Shown here: piece after piece, positions 10,277-18,435 of the stretch
How the letters are laid out: every line of letters starts with the position of its first letter
How positions within the stretch are numbered: the stretch's first letter is position 1
Assembly: GCA_964347795.1 (NCBI GenBank)
Contig: CAYFZX010000001.1
Span: 2,202-66,201 of the forward strand
Length of the DNA: 64,000 nucleotides
Source of the DNA: an uncultured Methanomassiliicoccales archaeon
Lineage (GTDB): Archaea; Thermoplasmatota; Thermoplasmata; RBG-16-68-12; JAJISG01
Direction of reading: 5' to 3'
Notes under the pieces: generated by a model
The model's input: the letters and a program-made list of their open reading frames with translations, nothing else
Told to the model about the DNA's origin: nothing
Database searches by the model: none
Position numbers and translations under genes: made by a program

Positions 10277-11392
10277 ATGCGAAAGTGGTACACAAACGTG
10301 AAGAGCATCGCCGTGGAGCCGCCCAATCCGGGGGTGAAGCTTGTGGACTTCCCGGAGCCACGGCCAGGCTCTGACGAGGTCCTCGTGGGGACCATCGAAG
10401 TCGGAATCGATGGAACCGACCTGGAGATAGTCCGAGCTGAGTATGGGACCCCGCCGACGGGAGAGAAGTACCTCACCATTGGCCACGAGGCAATCGGTCG
10501 GGTGCTGAGGGCGCCCGAGGGGAGTCGCCTCGAGCCTGGAGACCTGGTGAACCCGACCGTGCGCCGTGGGTGTGGAATCTGCATGCCCTGCAAGACGGGT
10601 CAAAGTGACTTCTGCTTCACTGGTTTGTTCAAGGAGCGAGGCATCAAGGGCCTCCACGGATACATGTCTCCCACCTTCGCAGAGACGGAAGAGTATATGG
10701 TAAGGGTCCCCCCGGACCTCCGGAACGTGGCGGTCCTCACGGAGCCCACAAGCATCGCGGTTAAGGCGGTCAACCAGGTGCTCAAGATCCAGGAGAGGAT
10801 GCCTTGGCGGGAGGCGGAGAACTTGGAGGAGAAGCAGGCCCTGGTGGCAGGTTCCGGCTCCCTTGGGCTGCTGGCGACCATCCTTCTCCGATCACTCGGA
10901 GCCCAGGTCATCACGATGGATCGTTCGCCTGATGACGTACCCAAGGCGAAGCTCATCGAGCGAGTGGGAGCCCACCACCTCAACTCGAAGACAGTAGACC
11001 CCCTGGTCCTCGCCGAGGACTTCGACGGCTTCGACATCATCCTCGAGGCAACCGGAGCGGCACGAGTCCCCTTTCACCTGACACCCGCGCTTGCCACAAA
11101 CGGCATCATGGTCCTGCTGGGGGTGCCAGGGAAGAAGGTCACCGTCGAGGTGGAGGCTGCAGACATAATCAGGGACATGGTCCTTGAGAATCAGGTGGTC
11201 TTCGGCTGCGTGAACTCAAATGTTTCCCACTTCAAAGAGGCCCACACCTATCTGAGGGGGTTCATTGAAAGGTTCCCCGAGGAGATGCAGGCGTTCATCA
11301 GCCACCGCCATCCCTGGGAGGAATATGAGGAGGCCTTCGGAGAGGATCGGAAGAACGTCATCAAGCACGTCCTTGTCTGGGAGGAGGGCTGA
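10277..11392 (+). CDS. Glucose 1-dehydrogenase, archaeal MDR/zinc-ADH family
   Basis: Zn-ADH fold (GHEAIGRV, CGICMPC structural-Zn cysteines) with a length and pattern like the Sulfolobus/Thermoplasma glucose dehydrogenases. Confidence 0.8.
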   Translation: MRKWYTNVKSIAVEPPNPGVKLVDFPEPRPGSDEVLVGTIEVGIDGTDLEIVRAEYGTPPTGEKYLTIGHEAIGRVLRAPEGSRLEPGDLVNPTVRRGCGICMPCKTGQSDFCFTGLFKERGIKGLHGYMSPTFAETEEYMVRVPPDLRNVAVLTEPTSIAVKAVNQVLKIQERMPWREAENLEEKQALVAGSGSLGLLATILLRSLGAQVITMDRSPDDVPKAKLIERVGAHHLNSKTVDPLVLAEDFDGFDIILEATGAARVPFHLTPALATNGIMVLLGVPGKKVTVEVEAADIIRDMVLENQVVFGCVNSNVSHFKEAHTYLRGFIERFPEEMQAFISHRHPWEEYEEAFGEDRKNVIKHVLVWEEG

Positions 11393-11394
11393 GG

Positions 11395-13242
11395 GTGATA
11401 TCGCTCCTGGCGGGCAACTCGAGGATTCTCCTGGCCATCGACGAGATGGGTGACTGGCTCTACATCTACTACCCCTATGCGGGGCAGTTCCAGCACCTTG
11501 TGAAGAGCCGCCGCGGGATCTACGACGCGGGACGGGAGGAGTTCTCCTGGGTCGGGGACGACGGCTGGGAGGTCGAACAGGGTTATGAGGAGGGGACCAA
11601 CGTGGGTTGGTCCATCGCTCGCGGACACGGCGTGGAGGTGCAGACGAGGGACGTGGTACACCCGGACCGTGACCTCATCCTCCGGGGCTACGCCGTGAAG
11701 GACTTGGAGTCCCGGCGAAAGGACCTGAGGCTGTTCCAGTACCAGAACATGAGCATCGCCGAGTCGATGTACCAAGACACATGCTACTGGGACAAGTCCC
11801 AGAACGCCGTCGTCCACTACAAGAGGGACTACTACCTCCAGCTATGGGGGGAGCCTCGGTTCGACGGATTCACCTGCGGGGAGCACACCCTGAAAGGCCT
11901 CCAGGGGAGCTATGTGGACGCTGAGGACGGGGTCCTCGATGGCAGCGTCATCTCGCATGGAGCCACCGACTCCGTGCTGCAGTGGAACCTGGACCTCCGC
12001 CCCAATGCCGCGGCGACTGTTTGGCTCCTGGCCTTGCTGGGCGGATCCCGCAGGAGTGTCAACGATGGCTACCGAAGGATTTCGGACGAGGCCGTTGACT
12101 ACCGAGTCAGGGAAGCCGTCGATTTCTGGAGGTCTTGGTATGAGGGCAAAAGGATGTCTCTCCCGGAGGATGTTAGCGACCGGGCGAGAGACCTTTACTA
12201 CCGCTCCCTGGCGGTTTTACGGAGTTGCTGGAATTCAAATGGCAGCATCATCGCGTCGCCCGACGTCAGCAGCCTGATGCCGACGGGAGATACCTACAAC
12301 TACAACTGGTGGCGGGACAGCGCATATATATCGATGGCCATGGACCGAGCCGGCCTCTACGAAAGCGCGCACAGGTTTTTGACATTCGCCAGCCGGGCTC
12401 AAGAGGAGGAGGGCTACTTCTTCCACAGGCACTTCCCGGACGGAACCCCGGGCGCAACATGGCACACCCCTCCCTTTCTCCAGATAGACCAGACCGGATC
12501 GGTCGTGGCCGCCGCTTGGGAGCACTTCAACATCCACAAGGACATGGAGTTCCTGTTGGAGATATGGCCGATGGTGAGGAAGGCCGCCGACTTCCTCACG
12601 TCCTTCCGTGACAAGGAGAACGGATTGCCGTTGCCCTCCTTCGACCTGTGGGAAGAGGTGAAGTCCGTCAACTGCTACTCGGCGGTTGCGGTATCCCAGG
12701 GGCTGCGGAGCGCGGAGGCAATATCCGAGCAGCTGGGAAAGAGCACGGGGGTGTGGGGCGAGACCGCCGAGGCCATGAGGAAGGCCATCCTGGAGCGCTA
12801 TTGGGACGAGGAGCGGGGGATGTTCCTCAAGAGCATCCGGCCGGAGGACGGAGCTGCCGACTCCAGCACCTTGCTGGCCGTTCGATGCGGCATCCTCCCG
12901 CTGGATGACCCCAGGACGTCGCGGCTGGTGGAGAACCTCCGCAGGGCCCTGTGGTCGCCTGAAATCGGTGGCATGGCGAGATATGAGGGGGACCGTTACA
13001 AGGGCTACCAGAACCCGTGGATCATTTGCACCCTTTGGCTCGCCGATGTCTACCTGCGGATGGGGAAGCGGCAGGAAGCCATGGAACTCGTGGAGTGGTG
13101 CGCCAAGATGGCGACGCCCACCTTCTTGCTTCCGGAGCAGATGAAAGCCGAATCGGGGGAGCCCGCCTCCGTCCTACCACTGGTGTGGAGCCACTCGACC
13201 TATGTCGACGTCATGGCTACCCTGTCCCGGGAAGGTTCATAG
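11395..13242 (+). CDS. GH15 glycoside hydrolase (glucoamylase/trehalase family); its position favours an archaeal GH15 trehalase
   Basis: 615 aa with the GH15 (alpha/alpha)6 catalytic region (NYNWWRDSAY, WEE..., LPEQM). GTG start. It is adjacent to treT/otsB. Confidence 0.75.
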   Translation: MISLLAGNSRILLAIDEMGDWLYIYYPYAGQFQHLVKSRRGIYDAGREEFSWVGDDGWEVEQGYEEGTNVGWSIARGHGVEVQTRDVVHPDRDLILRGYAVKDLESRRKDLRLFQYQNMSIAESMYQDTCYWDKSQNAVVHYKRDYYLQLWGEPRFDGFTCGEHTLKGLQGSYVDAEDGVLDGSVISHGATDSVLQWNLDLRPNAAATVWLLALLGGSRRSVNDGYRRISDEAVDYRVREAVDFWRSWYEGKRMSLPEDVSDRARDLYYRSLAVLRSCWNSNGSIIASPDVSSLMPTGDTYNYNWWRDSAYISMAMDRAGLYESAHRFLTFASRAQEEEGYFFHRHFPDGTPGATWHTPPFLQIDQTGSVVAAAWEHFNIHKDMEFLLEIWPMVRKAADFLTSFRDKENGLPLPSFDLWEEVKSVNCYSAVAVSQGLRSAEAISEQLGKSTGVWGETAEAMRKAILERYWDEERGMFLKSIRPEDGAADSSTLLAVRCGILPLDDPRTSRLVENLRRALWSPEIGGMARYEGDRYKGYQNPWIICTLWLADVYLRMGKRQEAMELVEWCAKMATPTFLLPEQMKAESGEPASVLPLVWSHSTYVDVMATLSREGS

Positions 13243-13461
13243 TCCGCTGACGGGGCGGGCCTCCTTCAACAGGATCCTCTCGGGCTCGACCGTCTCGATG
13301 AGCGTGCTGTCGATATTCAGGAGCCCCTCCGCCGTCTCGACAAGGAGCTGCTTCACACGCGCGAAGCTGTACACAGAAACGTCCAGGACGGGGCCAAGCC
13401 TCCTTCCGTCGGGGGTAAAGACGTCCTTGCCGATACACTCCTCCGGGTGCGTTAATCTCAC
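13237..13461 (-). CDS. PRC-barrel domain protein
   Basis: 74 aa with the PRC-barrel signature CIGKDVFTPDGRRLGPVLDV. Confidence 0.5.
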   Translation of the reverse strand: MRLTHPEECIGKDVFTPDGRRLGPVLDVSVYSFARVKQLLVETAEGLLNIDSTLIETVEPERILLKEARPVSGL

Positions 13462-13491
13462 GCGGTTGGCAAGGGCCTTGGGTCTAATAAA

Positions 13492-14130
13492 CTACATCCC
13501 TGGCCAGTCCTCCACCAGGACTGCCCGGGCGGGAGCACCGTCCCCTCCAACGACCCTCAGGGGCAAACAGAGGAACCAGAACCGACCAGACACGGCCTCG
13601 GACAGGTCCAGTCCCTCGATTATTCCGATGCCCCGTCCGAGAAGGAGCTCGTGGACGGGGGATCCCTTGACGCCGTGGCCCTCGATGGAGAGGTAGTCGA
13701 TGCCGACCGCCTTGACCTCCATCCTCACTAGGTGGTTCGCCCCGTTCTCCGCCAAGTAGACGTGGTCTTCCCTGAACGGAGGCGTGAGATGGCGGGAGTT
13801 CCTGGTCTTCAGGAGCGCTACGTCTCCGCCTCTGATCTCCCAGGGTTCAAGGTCCTCGCGATGGATCGGTCCTTCAACATCCGTCAGCTCGAGGACTACA
13901 GCGGGTCCTGAAAACGCGTCAGGGGGTAACTGATCCGTTGACTTGCCGTCGCGTATGAAGTGGGATGGAGCGTCGACGTGGGTCCCCGTGTGAGCTCCCA
14001 TCTTGAGTTCAGACAGGTTCAGCTTGTCTCCCGCCTCCATCAGGCGAATCGCTTCTCTGGAGAAGGGAGTGTCTCCAGGATAGGCTAGGGTCTCGGAGCT
14101 AAGGGCCATGCTGACGTCAATGAACCTCAT
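13492..14130 (-). CDS. Putative cyclase / kynurenine-formamidase-like metal hydrolase
   Basis: The HTGTHVDAPSHF motif and a ~210-aa length are typical of the cyclase family. Confidence 0.7.
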   Translation of the reverse strand: MRFIDVSMALSSETLAYPGDTPFSREAIRLMEAGDKLNLSELKMGAHTGTHVDAPSHFIRDGKSTDQLPPDAFSGPAVVLELTDVEGPIHREDLEPWEIRGGDVALLKTRNSRHLTPPFREDHVYLAENGANHLVRMEVKAVGIDYLSIEGHGVKGSPVHELLLGRGIGIIEGLDLSEAVSGRFWFLCLPLRVVGGDGAPARAVLVEDWPGM

Positions 14131-14183
14131 AGAGACAACTCCAGCGTAGACGGTCGAAGGCGCTGGTCGCTAATTACGTTAAC

Positions 14184-15428
14184 TCACTTGTTGGAGCCGC
14201 CATGGGACAGCTGCAAGAAAAGGTCGAGATAGTCCTTCAAGTGTCTCGTTATGAGGAAGTTCTTCCTCACGTGGGCCCTGCCCGCCTCTCCCATCCTCCG
14301 TCTGAGACCTTCATCTTCAAAAAGCCGAATCGTCCGATCGATCAATGTTGCGACTTCCTCTGCGAGGTAACCAGTCTTGCCGTCAATTACCTGGAGCGGG
14401 ATTCCGCCCGACTTCCAGGCGACGACGGGGGCCCGCTTCCACAGGGCCTCGGCCACGACTAGTCCAAAGCCCTCCCGTAACGATTTGAGCATCGACACCT
14501 CGCTGCAACGTTGAAAGGCATTGACGTGGACGCTGTCAATCCCGTGCTCATCGGTGAGGAATTTGATGTTCGGGTCCCCGTCCGCCTTCTCCATGGTCTT
14601 CTCATAGTACTCCCACCCCTCTGGATCATCAAGAGCCATGGCGGTTATGAAGAGCAGCTGAAGACCTTCAACGCGCTTCCTAATCTCCCGGTACACATCG
14701 ATGGTCCCCAGGGGGTCTTTCCAGGGGTCAAAGCGGGCAACGCAGCAAATCGATGGCCTATCGGGATCAACGCCATACTGCTCCGCGATGGACCGTATCT
14801 CCTCAGGAGCTACAGGACGGTTCTTCGGGGAGAGAGGGTCAATGCTGGGGTGGATGACCACGGGATTCTTCAGGTTCAGGGTGGACGGGAAGTACTCCTC
14901 AAGGCTGTAGATGGAGGCGTCGTACTCTGGCAGGAAGCGACCGAGGAAGTCCATGCACTTCGAATTGGCGTTCGTAAGCTGGATGTGGGAACGCCAGATC
15001 CACTTACCCTCAATCTCTAGCTCCTTGATCAGGGAAGCGGGTTGCGGGTCGTGGACCACGATGTAGTCCCAGCCATCCTCCACGTCTGCCGCGTTTCTGT
15101 GGTTGACCTCCAGGTAGTGCTCCCGCATCGCCTTCGAGATGACGATTTCGGCGCCCTGGAGACAATTGTGAAGGCTTTTCGTGGTCTTGAAGAAGTCATC
15201 GTCTCCGTCCAAAACCATCCAGTGAGCGTCCAGACCCAGGTCCCTCATCAGTGGGACCAGGGTGGAGAGCATCTCGGCCACGCCGCCCCCGAGTGGCGTC
15301 GCATTGATGTGGAGCACTCGACTTCCAGAGAGAGAGTCTGCGGTGGACTTCAAGTCGTGAAGAGACTCTTCGCTTACGATACCCCTGTAATCGTCGATGA
15401 ATCTGTTGTCGACGCGCACACGCTGCAT
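14184..15428 (-). CDS. treT: Trehalose glycosyltransferring synthase TreT (GT4)
   Basis: Blocks are very similar to Thermococcus TreT: LHINATPLGGGVAEML, VVHDPQPASLI, NAFQRCSEVSMLKSLREGFGLVVAEALWK, RKNFLITRHLKDYLDLF. The start is the internal ATG at 15428. Confidence 0.85.
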   Translation of the reverse strand: MQRVRVDNRFIDDYRGIVSEESLHDLKSTADSLSGSRVLHINATPLGGGVAEMLSTLVPLMRDLGLDAHWMVLDGDDDFFKTTKSLHNCLQGAEIVISKAMREHYLEVNHRNAADVEDGWDYIVVHDPQPASLIKELEIEGKWIWRSHIQLTNANSKCMDFLGRFLPEYDASIYSLEEYFPSTLNLKNPVVIHPSIDPLSPKNRPVAPEEIRSIAEQYGVDPDRPSICCVARFDPWKDPLGTIDVYREIRKRVEGLQLLFITAMALDDPEGWEYYEKTMEKADGDPNIKFLTDEHGIDSVHVNAFQRCSEVSMLKSLREGFGLVVAEALWKRAPVVAWKSGGIPLQVIDGKTGYLAEEVATLIDRTIRLFEDEGLRRRMGEAGRAHVRKNFLITRHLKDYLDLFLQLSHGGSNK

Positions 15429-15532
15429 GGGTTGCCTCCACGCTGAATGTCGACACCCAAGCAAGGAAGGATTATGAGGGTTTTCCTGGGCGCAGCAAAG
15501 GTTATTGTACTGGGAAGATAGGGGGCCTGTAC

Positions 15533-16339
15533 ATGGCAGTGAATCCACCTGACGCGTTGGACAACCTAGAGAGTCTTCGCTACCTCAAGGAGAGACCCGC
15601 CAGGACCGGTATCTTCCTTGACCTTGATGGGACCCTGAGCCCGATCGTCGACGATCCGGACGAGGTCCAACTGCCGTCCGCAACTCGACAGTATCTCCAG
15701 GGGCTGTCAGCCCGCTACCGCGCGGTTGTGATCATCTCTGGTAGGGCTGCCTCCGCCTTGGTGAACCTTGTAAACCTGCCCTCCATAATGTACGTGGGAA
15801 ACCACGGGTTGGAGATAGTCAATGAAGCGGAGAGGAGGGTCCTCCTCCCCCCCGCGGTTGCCGATAGAATGAGGGCGATGGGCGAGGAGCTGAAGGCGCG
15901 GGTCCATTGCGAGGGCGCCCTGCTGGAGCTAAAGGAGTTGAGTCACGCCATTCATTATCGCCGGGCGACGGATCTCGAGAAGGCGAGGGATTGCATAATG
16001 GAATCGTTGGCCAAGATGGACCTCAGCGGAGCCCGAATCACCGAAGGAAAGATGCTGGTCCAGCTTCGACCCGACTATCCTCTCGACAAGGGGCGAGCCC
16101 TCGAGGCAATAGTCGCCCAGGAGGAGATCCGTCAGGTCCTCTACGCGGGAGACGATACGACGGACTTGGACGCCTTCCGCTCGATAGAAACCGCTCGACG
16201 GAAGGGAGTGATTGCGGGTCACACCATCTGCGTCCGCCACCTCGACACACCGGACGAATTGCTGAGCACTGCGGATCTCACCGTGGAGGGTCCGGAGGGA
16301 ATGCAGCACCTCCTCGGGTGGCTATTGTCCAATCGCTAA
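15533..16339 (+). CDS. otsB: Trehalose-6-phosphate phosphatase (HAD superfamily)
   Basis: HAD motif I FLDLDGTL, a TPP-like core and the GDDTTD motif. Confidence 0.8.
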   Translation: MAVNPPDALDNLESLRYLKERPARTGIFLDLDGTLSPIVDDPDEVQLPSATRQYLQGLSARYRAVVIISGRAASALVNLVNLPSIMYVGNHGLEIVNEAERRVLLPPAVADRMRAMGEELKARVHCEGALLELKELSHAIHYRRATDLEKARDCIMESLAKMDLSGARITEGKMLVQLRPDYPLDKGRALEAIVAQEEIRQVLYAGDDTTDLDAFRSIETARRKGVIAGHTICVRHLDTPDELLSTADLTVEGPEGMQHLLGWLLSNR

Positions 16340-16510
16340 GCACCCGAAGAGGTCTGTATCATCTTACTATTGGATAATAATCCAATAATCGTGACAACAT
16401 TGAATCATTAATCGATACGGTAAACTGACCGTTGTAGGCGGTCAGGCGGGAGGCGTAGACAACTATTAAAGACACGGAAGACCCATAAGGCGCCGGGATG
16501 GGGTGCCCCC

Positions 16511-17389
16511 GTGAAGGCTGCATTGTACGCTCGCGTTTCCACAGAGGATCAAGCCAAAGAGGGCTTCTCTCTGGACGCCCAGCTTGACCGGCTCCGATCC
16601 TACTGTGACGCCAGGGGCTGGGAAGCTGTCGATGAGTACGTTGACGACGGCTACTCAGGAAGAGACGAGGCGAGGCCGGCATATACGAAAATGCTGGAGG
16701 AGAGGGAACGCTGGGACACGATCCTTGTCCTCAAGATGGATCGCATCCACCGGAACAGTCGAAACTTCATGGAAATGATGGATAGGCTGCGCTCTTGGGA
16801 GAAGGAGTTCACCAGCATGCAGGAGTCCTTGGACACGGGCACCGCGATGGGACGATTCGTCATGGACATCATACAGAGGATCGCTCAACTCGAGAGCGAA
16901 CAGATCGCTGAGAGAGTGTACATCGGCATGTATCAGAAGGCGAAGTCAGGGCAAGGACACCTGGGTTCGCCCGCCCCTTTGGGGTATCGATACGAGGGAG
17001 GCAGGCTGGTGGTAGACGAGGAGAAGGCCCCCTTTGTGCAGGAAGTCTTCCGCAGGTATCTTCAGAGAAACCAACCCCTGCAATGGATCAGTGTCGACCT
17101 CACCCGCAAACTCCGCGGAAGGAGCTGGTCCATATGGTCTGTCCGTTATCTTCTGCAAAATCCCATCTACGCGGGATTTCTCTACTGGGATGGGATTCTG
17201 ACGAAAGGCGACCATGAGCCCCTAGTGAGTCCTCACGAGTACGAGCAGGTATTGCTGTCCTTCATCGAACGGACCCACGCGGATTCGAGCAGGGAGAAGC
17301 TGGAGAGACTGCTCGCCGGCGTTCGGGAGGCGACGGAAGAAGAGAACGGATACCAACAGACTCACGAGGCGGTGGCAGATGAAGTGTGA
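16511..17389 (+). CDS. Large serine recombinase (resolvase catalytic domain + recombinase domain)
   Basis: N-terminus ALYARVSTEDQ with the catalytic Ser, ...LVLKMDRIHRN, then a recombinase domain (YLLQNPIYAGFLYW). GTG start. Confidence 0.8.
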   Translation: MKAALYARVSTEDQAKEGFSLDAQLDRLRSYCDARGWEAVDEYVDDGYSGRDEARPAYTKMLEERERWDTILVLKMDRIHRNSRNFMEMMDRLRSWEKEFTSMQESLDTGTAMGRFVMDIIQRIAQLESEQIAERVYIGMYQKAKSGQGHLGSPAPLGYRYEGGRLVVDEEKAPFVQEVFRRYLQRNQPLQWISVDLTRKLRGRSWSIWSVRYLLQNPIYAGFLYWDGILTKGDHEPLVSPHEYEQVLLSFIERTHADSSREKLERLLAGVREATEEENGYQQTHEAVADEV

Positions 17390-18068
17390 GCGGTGCTGGT
17401 CCGAGGACGAAGTGGATGCACACTGTGCTCCTACTGGACCTCACGACTCAATCGCCTTGTGTCGTGCTTGTCGAGCAGTGGCCCCGAAAGATCCCGTCCT
17501 CTTCGAGAAGATGTTCCTCCAGTTCGCCACGCGGAAGGAGCTGATGCGTCACTTCGATGCGGAGGAAGAGGCGGAGGCCTTGCGCAAGTGGTGCACTGAC
17601 GTGGGCATGGAAATTGGGAAGCTTGGAGCAACCCTTGCCCAAGAGAGCACAGACATGGGTCTGCTTTCGTCACCCAGCCCCTTCGCGGGAGAGACGCCGT
17701 CACAAACGCCCTATGGTTACGCATCCAAGGGAAAGGGTCTCGTGCCTTCTCCCATCGAGGCCGAGGTGATTCGTAGCGTGTTCGACCTCTACCTCCGGGG
17801 CAAGAGCCTCCAAGAGATCCGACAGCTATTGAACAATGCTCAAGTCCCTTCACCGAGGGGGGGCGGTTGGCACCGTTCCACTATCCGATACATCTTGCGC
17901 AACCCGCTCTACGCAGGATCCCGTAGATGGAGAGGCGTTCTCAGAGAGGACTCGCATCGTGCGATAATCGATCCCGACCACTTCAATCAGGTACAGATGA
18001 TGCTGTCGCAGCGCTGCCGAAGGCCCGAACAGAGGGGAGTAGGGGCCGCTCAGTTACGAGTGGTTTGA
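17379..18068 (+). CDS. Zinc-ribbon plus recombinase-domain protein (second, resolvase-less copy of the serine-recombinase accessory domains)
   Basis: N-terminal CxxC...C...CxxC cluster, then EAEVIRSVFDLYLRGKSLQEIRQLL...YILRNPLYAG, which parallels the recombinase domain of the upstream gene. It overlaps that gene by 11 nt. Confidence 0.6.
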   Translation: MKCERCWSEDEVDAHCAPTGPHDSIALCRACRAVAPKDPVLFEKMFLQFATRKELMRHFDAEEEAEALRKWCTDVGMEIGKLGATLAQESTDMGLLSSPSPFAGETPSQTPYGYASKGKGLVPSPIEAEVIRSVFDLYLRGKSLQEIRQLLNNAQVPSPRGGGWHRSTIRYILRNPLYAGSRRWRGVLREDSHRAIIDPDHFNQVQMMLSQRCRRPEQRGVGAAQLRVV

Positions 18069-18252
18069 CATTCGGTTTACCGTATATCAAAGAACCTTTG
18101 TACAAACAATAGTTCCTTAGAATCCTGGGGAACCAACAATACACTTGGTCACCACTGCTCTACCGATATCAACAGAGTTATGGTAGATGTGGTCATCAAT
18201 GCTAACAATAGTATTATAGGTTCCGATGTTGTGCCGTCCCTCAGAGGGTTCC

Positions 18253-18435
18253 ATGGCAGCGAAGAGACTGACGAGCATACAGGTCACGATGAAGACGAGG
18301 GATAGGCTCTATTGGCTCAAGTTTCGAAAGACGTACGACGAGTTCATTAACGAACTCATGGACATCTACGAGGAAGCCAAAGGAGGCGAACTAGGATTCA
18401 AACCTGGAGAAGGGGACAGCCTTCCCACTCCGTAG
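18253..18435 (+). CDS. Small hypothetical protein (possible RHH-like DNA-binding protein) at the AT-rich edge of the element
   Basis: MAAKRLTSIQVTMKTRDRLYWLKFRKTYDEFINELMDIYEE... in an AT-rich context. Its 3' end overlaps the 3' end of rfcL. Confidence 0.3.
   Translation: MAAKRLTSIQVTMKTRDRLYWLKFRKTYDEFINELMDIYEEAKGGELGFKPGEGDSLPTP

Larger units (their letters stand above)
16340..18390 (+). mobile_element. Integrated element or remnant carrying two serine-recombinase-domain genes, in an AT-richer segment between convergent otsB and rfcL
   Basis: GC drops at both ends. A 10-bp perfect inverted repeat (ATACGGTAAA at 16415-16424, TTTACCGTAT at 18076-18085) brackets the recombinase genes. A 20-bp palindrome (16368-16387) and a hairpin (16425-16445) sit upstream of the first gene. 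Confidence 0.55.

Noticed and set aside
13237-13242. 6-nt overlap between the GH15 gene end and the PRC-barrel gene on the opposite strand, which could suggest a mis-called gene
   Set aside because: Short convergent 3' overlaps are common in compact archaeal genomes. The PRC-barrel motif is credible, so both genes were kept.
18395-18410. GGATTCAAACC, a T-loop-like motif suggesting a tRNA on the minus strand
   Set aside because: The reverse complement gives TTTGAAT, which lacks the C of the T-psi-C loop. No acceptor or D-arm pairing is nearby, and the site lies inside the rfcL coding region.
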